NCBI GenBank assembly: GCA_039630055.1
Contig: JBCNVN010000003.1
Span: forward strand, 56,068 to 92,128
From: Candidatus Caldarchaeales archaeon
GTDB taxonomy: Archaea > Thermoproteota > Nitrososphaeria_A > Caldarchaeales > Wolframiiraptoraceae
Length of the DNA stretch: 36,061 nucleotides
Direction of reading: 5' to 3'
Positions within the stretch are counted from its first letter, which is position 1, and the number at the start of each line of letters is the position of its first letter. The position numbers and the translations under genes are program-made. This document shows positions 35,861-36,061 of the stretch, piece after piece. A model generated the notes under the pieces. It worked only from the letters and a program-made list of their open reading frames with translations. It was not told the DNA's origin and did no database searches.

Positions 35861-36061
35861 TCTTGTTACACCTATATAGTTCTCTAGGAAAAATGATACT
35901 TATATTCTTTGAGTAGTCTATTAGCCGTCCATCTAAATGTTCACTCCTATACTATTATGAGTTCTTGTAAGCATTCATATTGATTCGATCTACAGATTCA
36001 TGAAGTAAAACAATCTTGGATAAAGGATGAAAACCTGTTTATTTGATATATTTCAGTATCT

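Noticed and set aside
48-35879. Many 60-165 aa ORFs antisense to or nested in larger genes (e.g. 48..416, 711..1034, 9208..9645, 14686..15087, 29390..29884)
   Set aside because: They overlap well-supported genes, have Ser/Ile/Leu/Phe-rich antisense-type composition and show no motifs.
1-36061. CRISPR array, IS/transposase, integrase, rRNA
   Set aside because: No regularly spaced repeats, transposase or recombinase motifs, or long GC-rich rRNA-like tracts seen.

Overview
AT-rich, gene-dense archaeal chromosomal segment. GGTGA-type Shine-Dalgarno sites, TATA/BRE-like upstream motifs, an archaeal RPA and stand-alone RAM/Lrp domains point to an archaeon; a TACK/Thermoproteota lineage is plausible but not provable here. 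Bases 1-16.8 kb form an amine/polyamine catabolic island: two class III aminotransferases, an uncharacterised nucleotidyltransferase-like + metallophosphoesterase + APC permease trio, CoA-acylating (methyl)malonate-semialdehyde dehydrogenase, an atypical transcarbamylase, a deiminase/amidinotransferase-fold enzyme, PotDBCA and a saccharopine-dehydrogenase-like oxidoreductase. The island also holds a decayed second metallophosphoesterase that the ORF track misses. Next come LutC and a LutB-LutA fusion, PduO, ComA-like, RPA, GDH, an Ord/amine-dehydrogenase-like gene, HtrA, a PD-(D/E)XK-like ORF, two RAM domains and an MFS transporter. The window ends with a coupled operon (deviant dCTP deaminase, HhH-GPD glycosylase-like protein, radical SAM) divergent from an SPL-like radical SAM, then a secreted hypothetical and CorA. 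Best candidates for new biology: (1) an unassigned, highly structured ~211-nt cruciform RNA-like element at 28075-28285 with its own apparent promoter and terminator; (2) the dcd-variant/glycosylase/radical-SAM cluster; (3) the amine island with its non-canonical enzymes. No rRNA, tRNA, CRISPR array or transposase was recognised. All calls come from reading motifs by eye; no searches were run.
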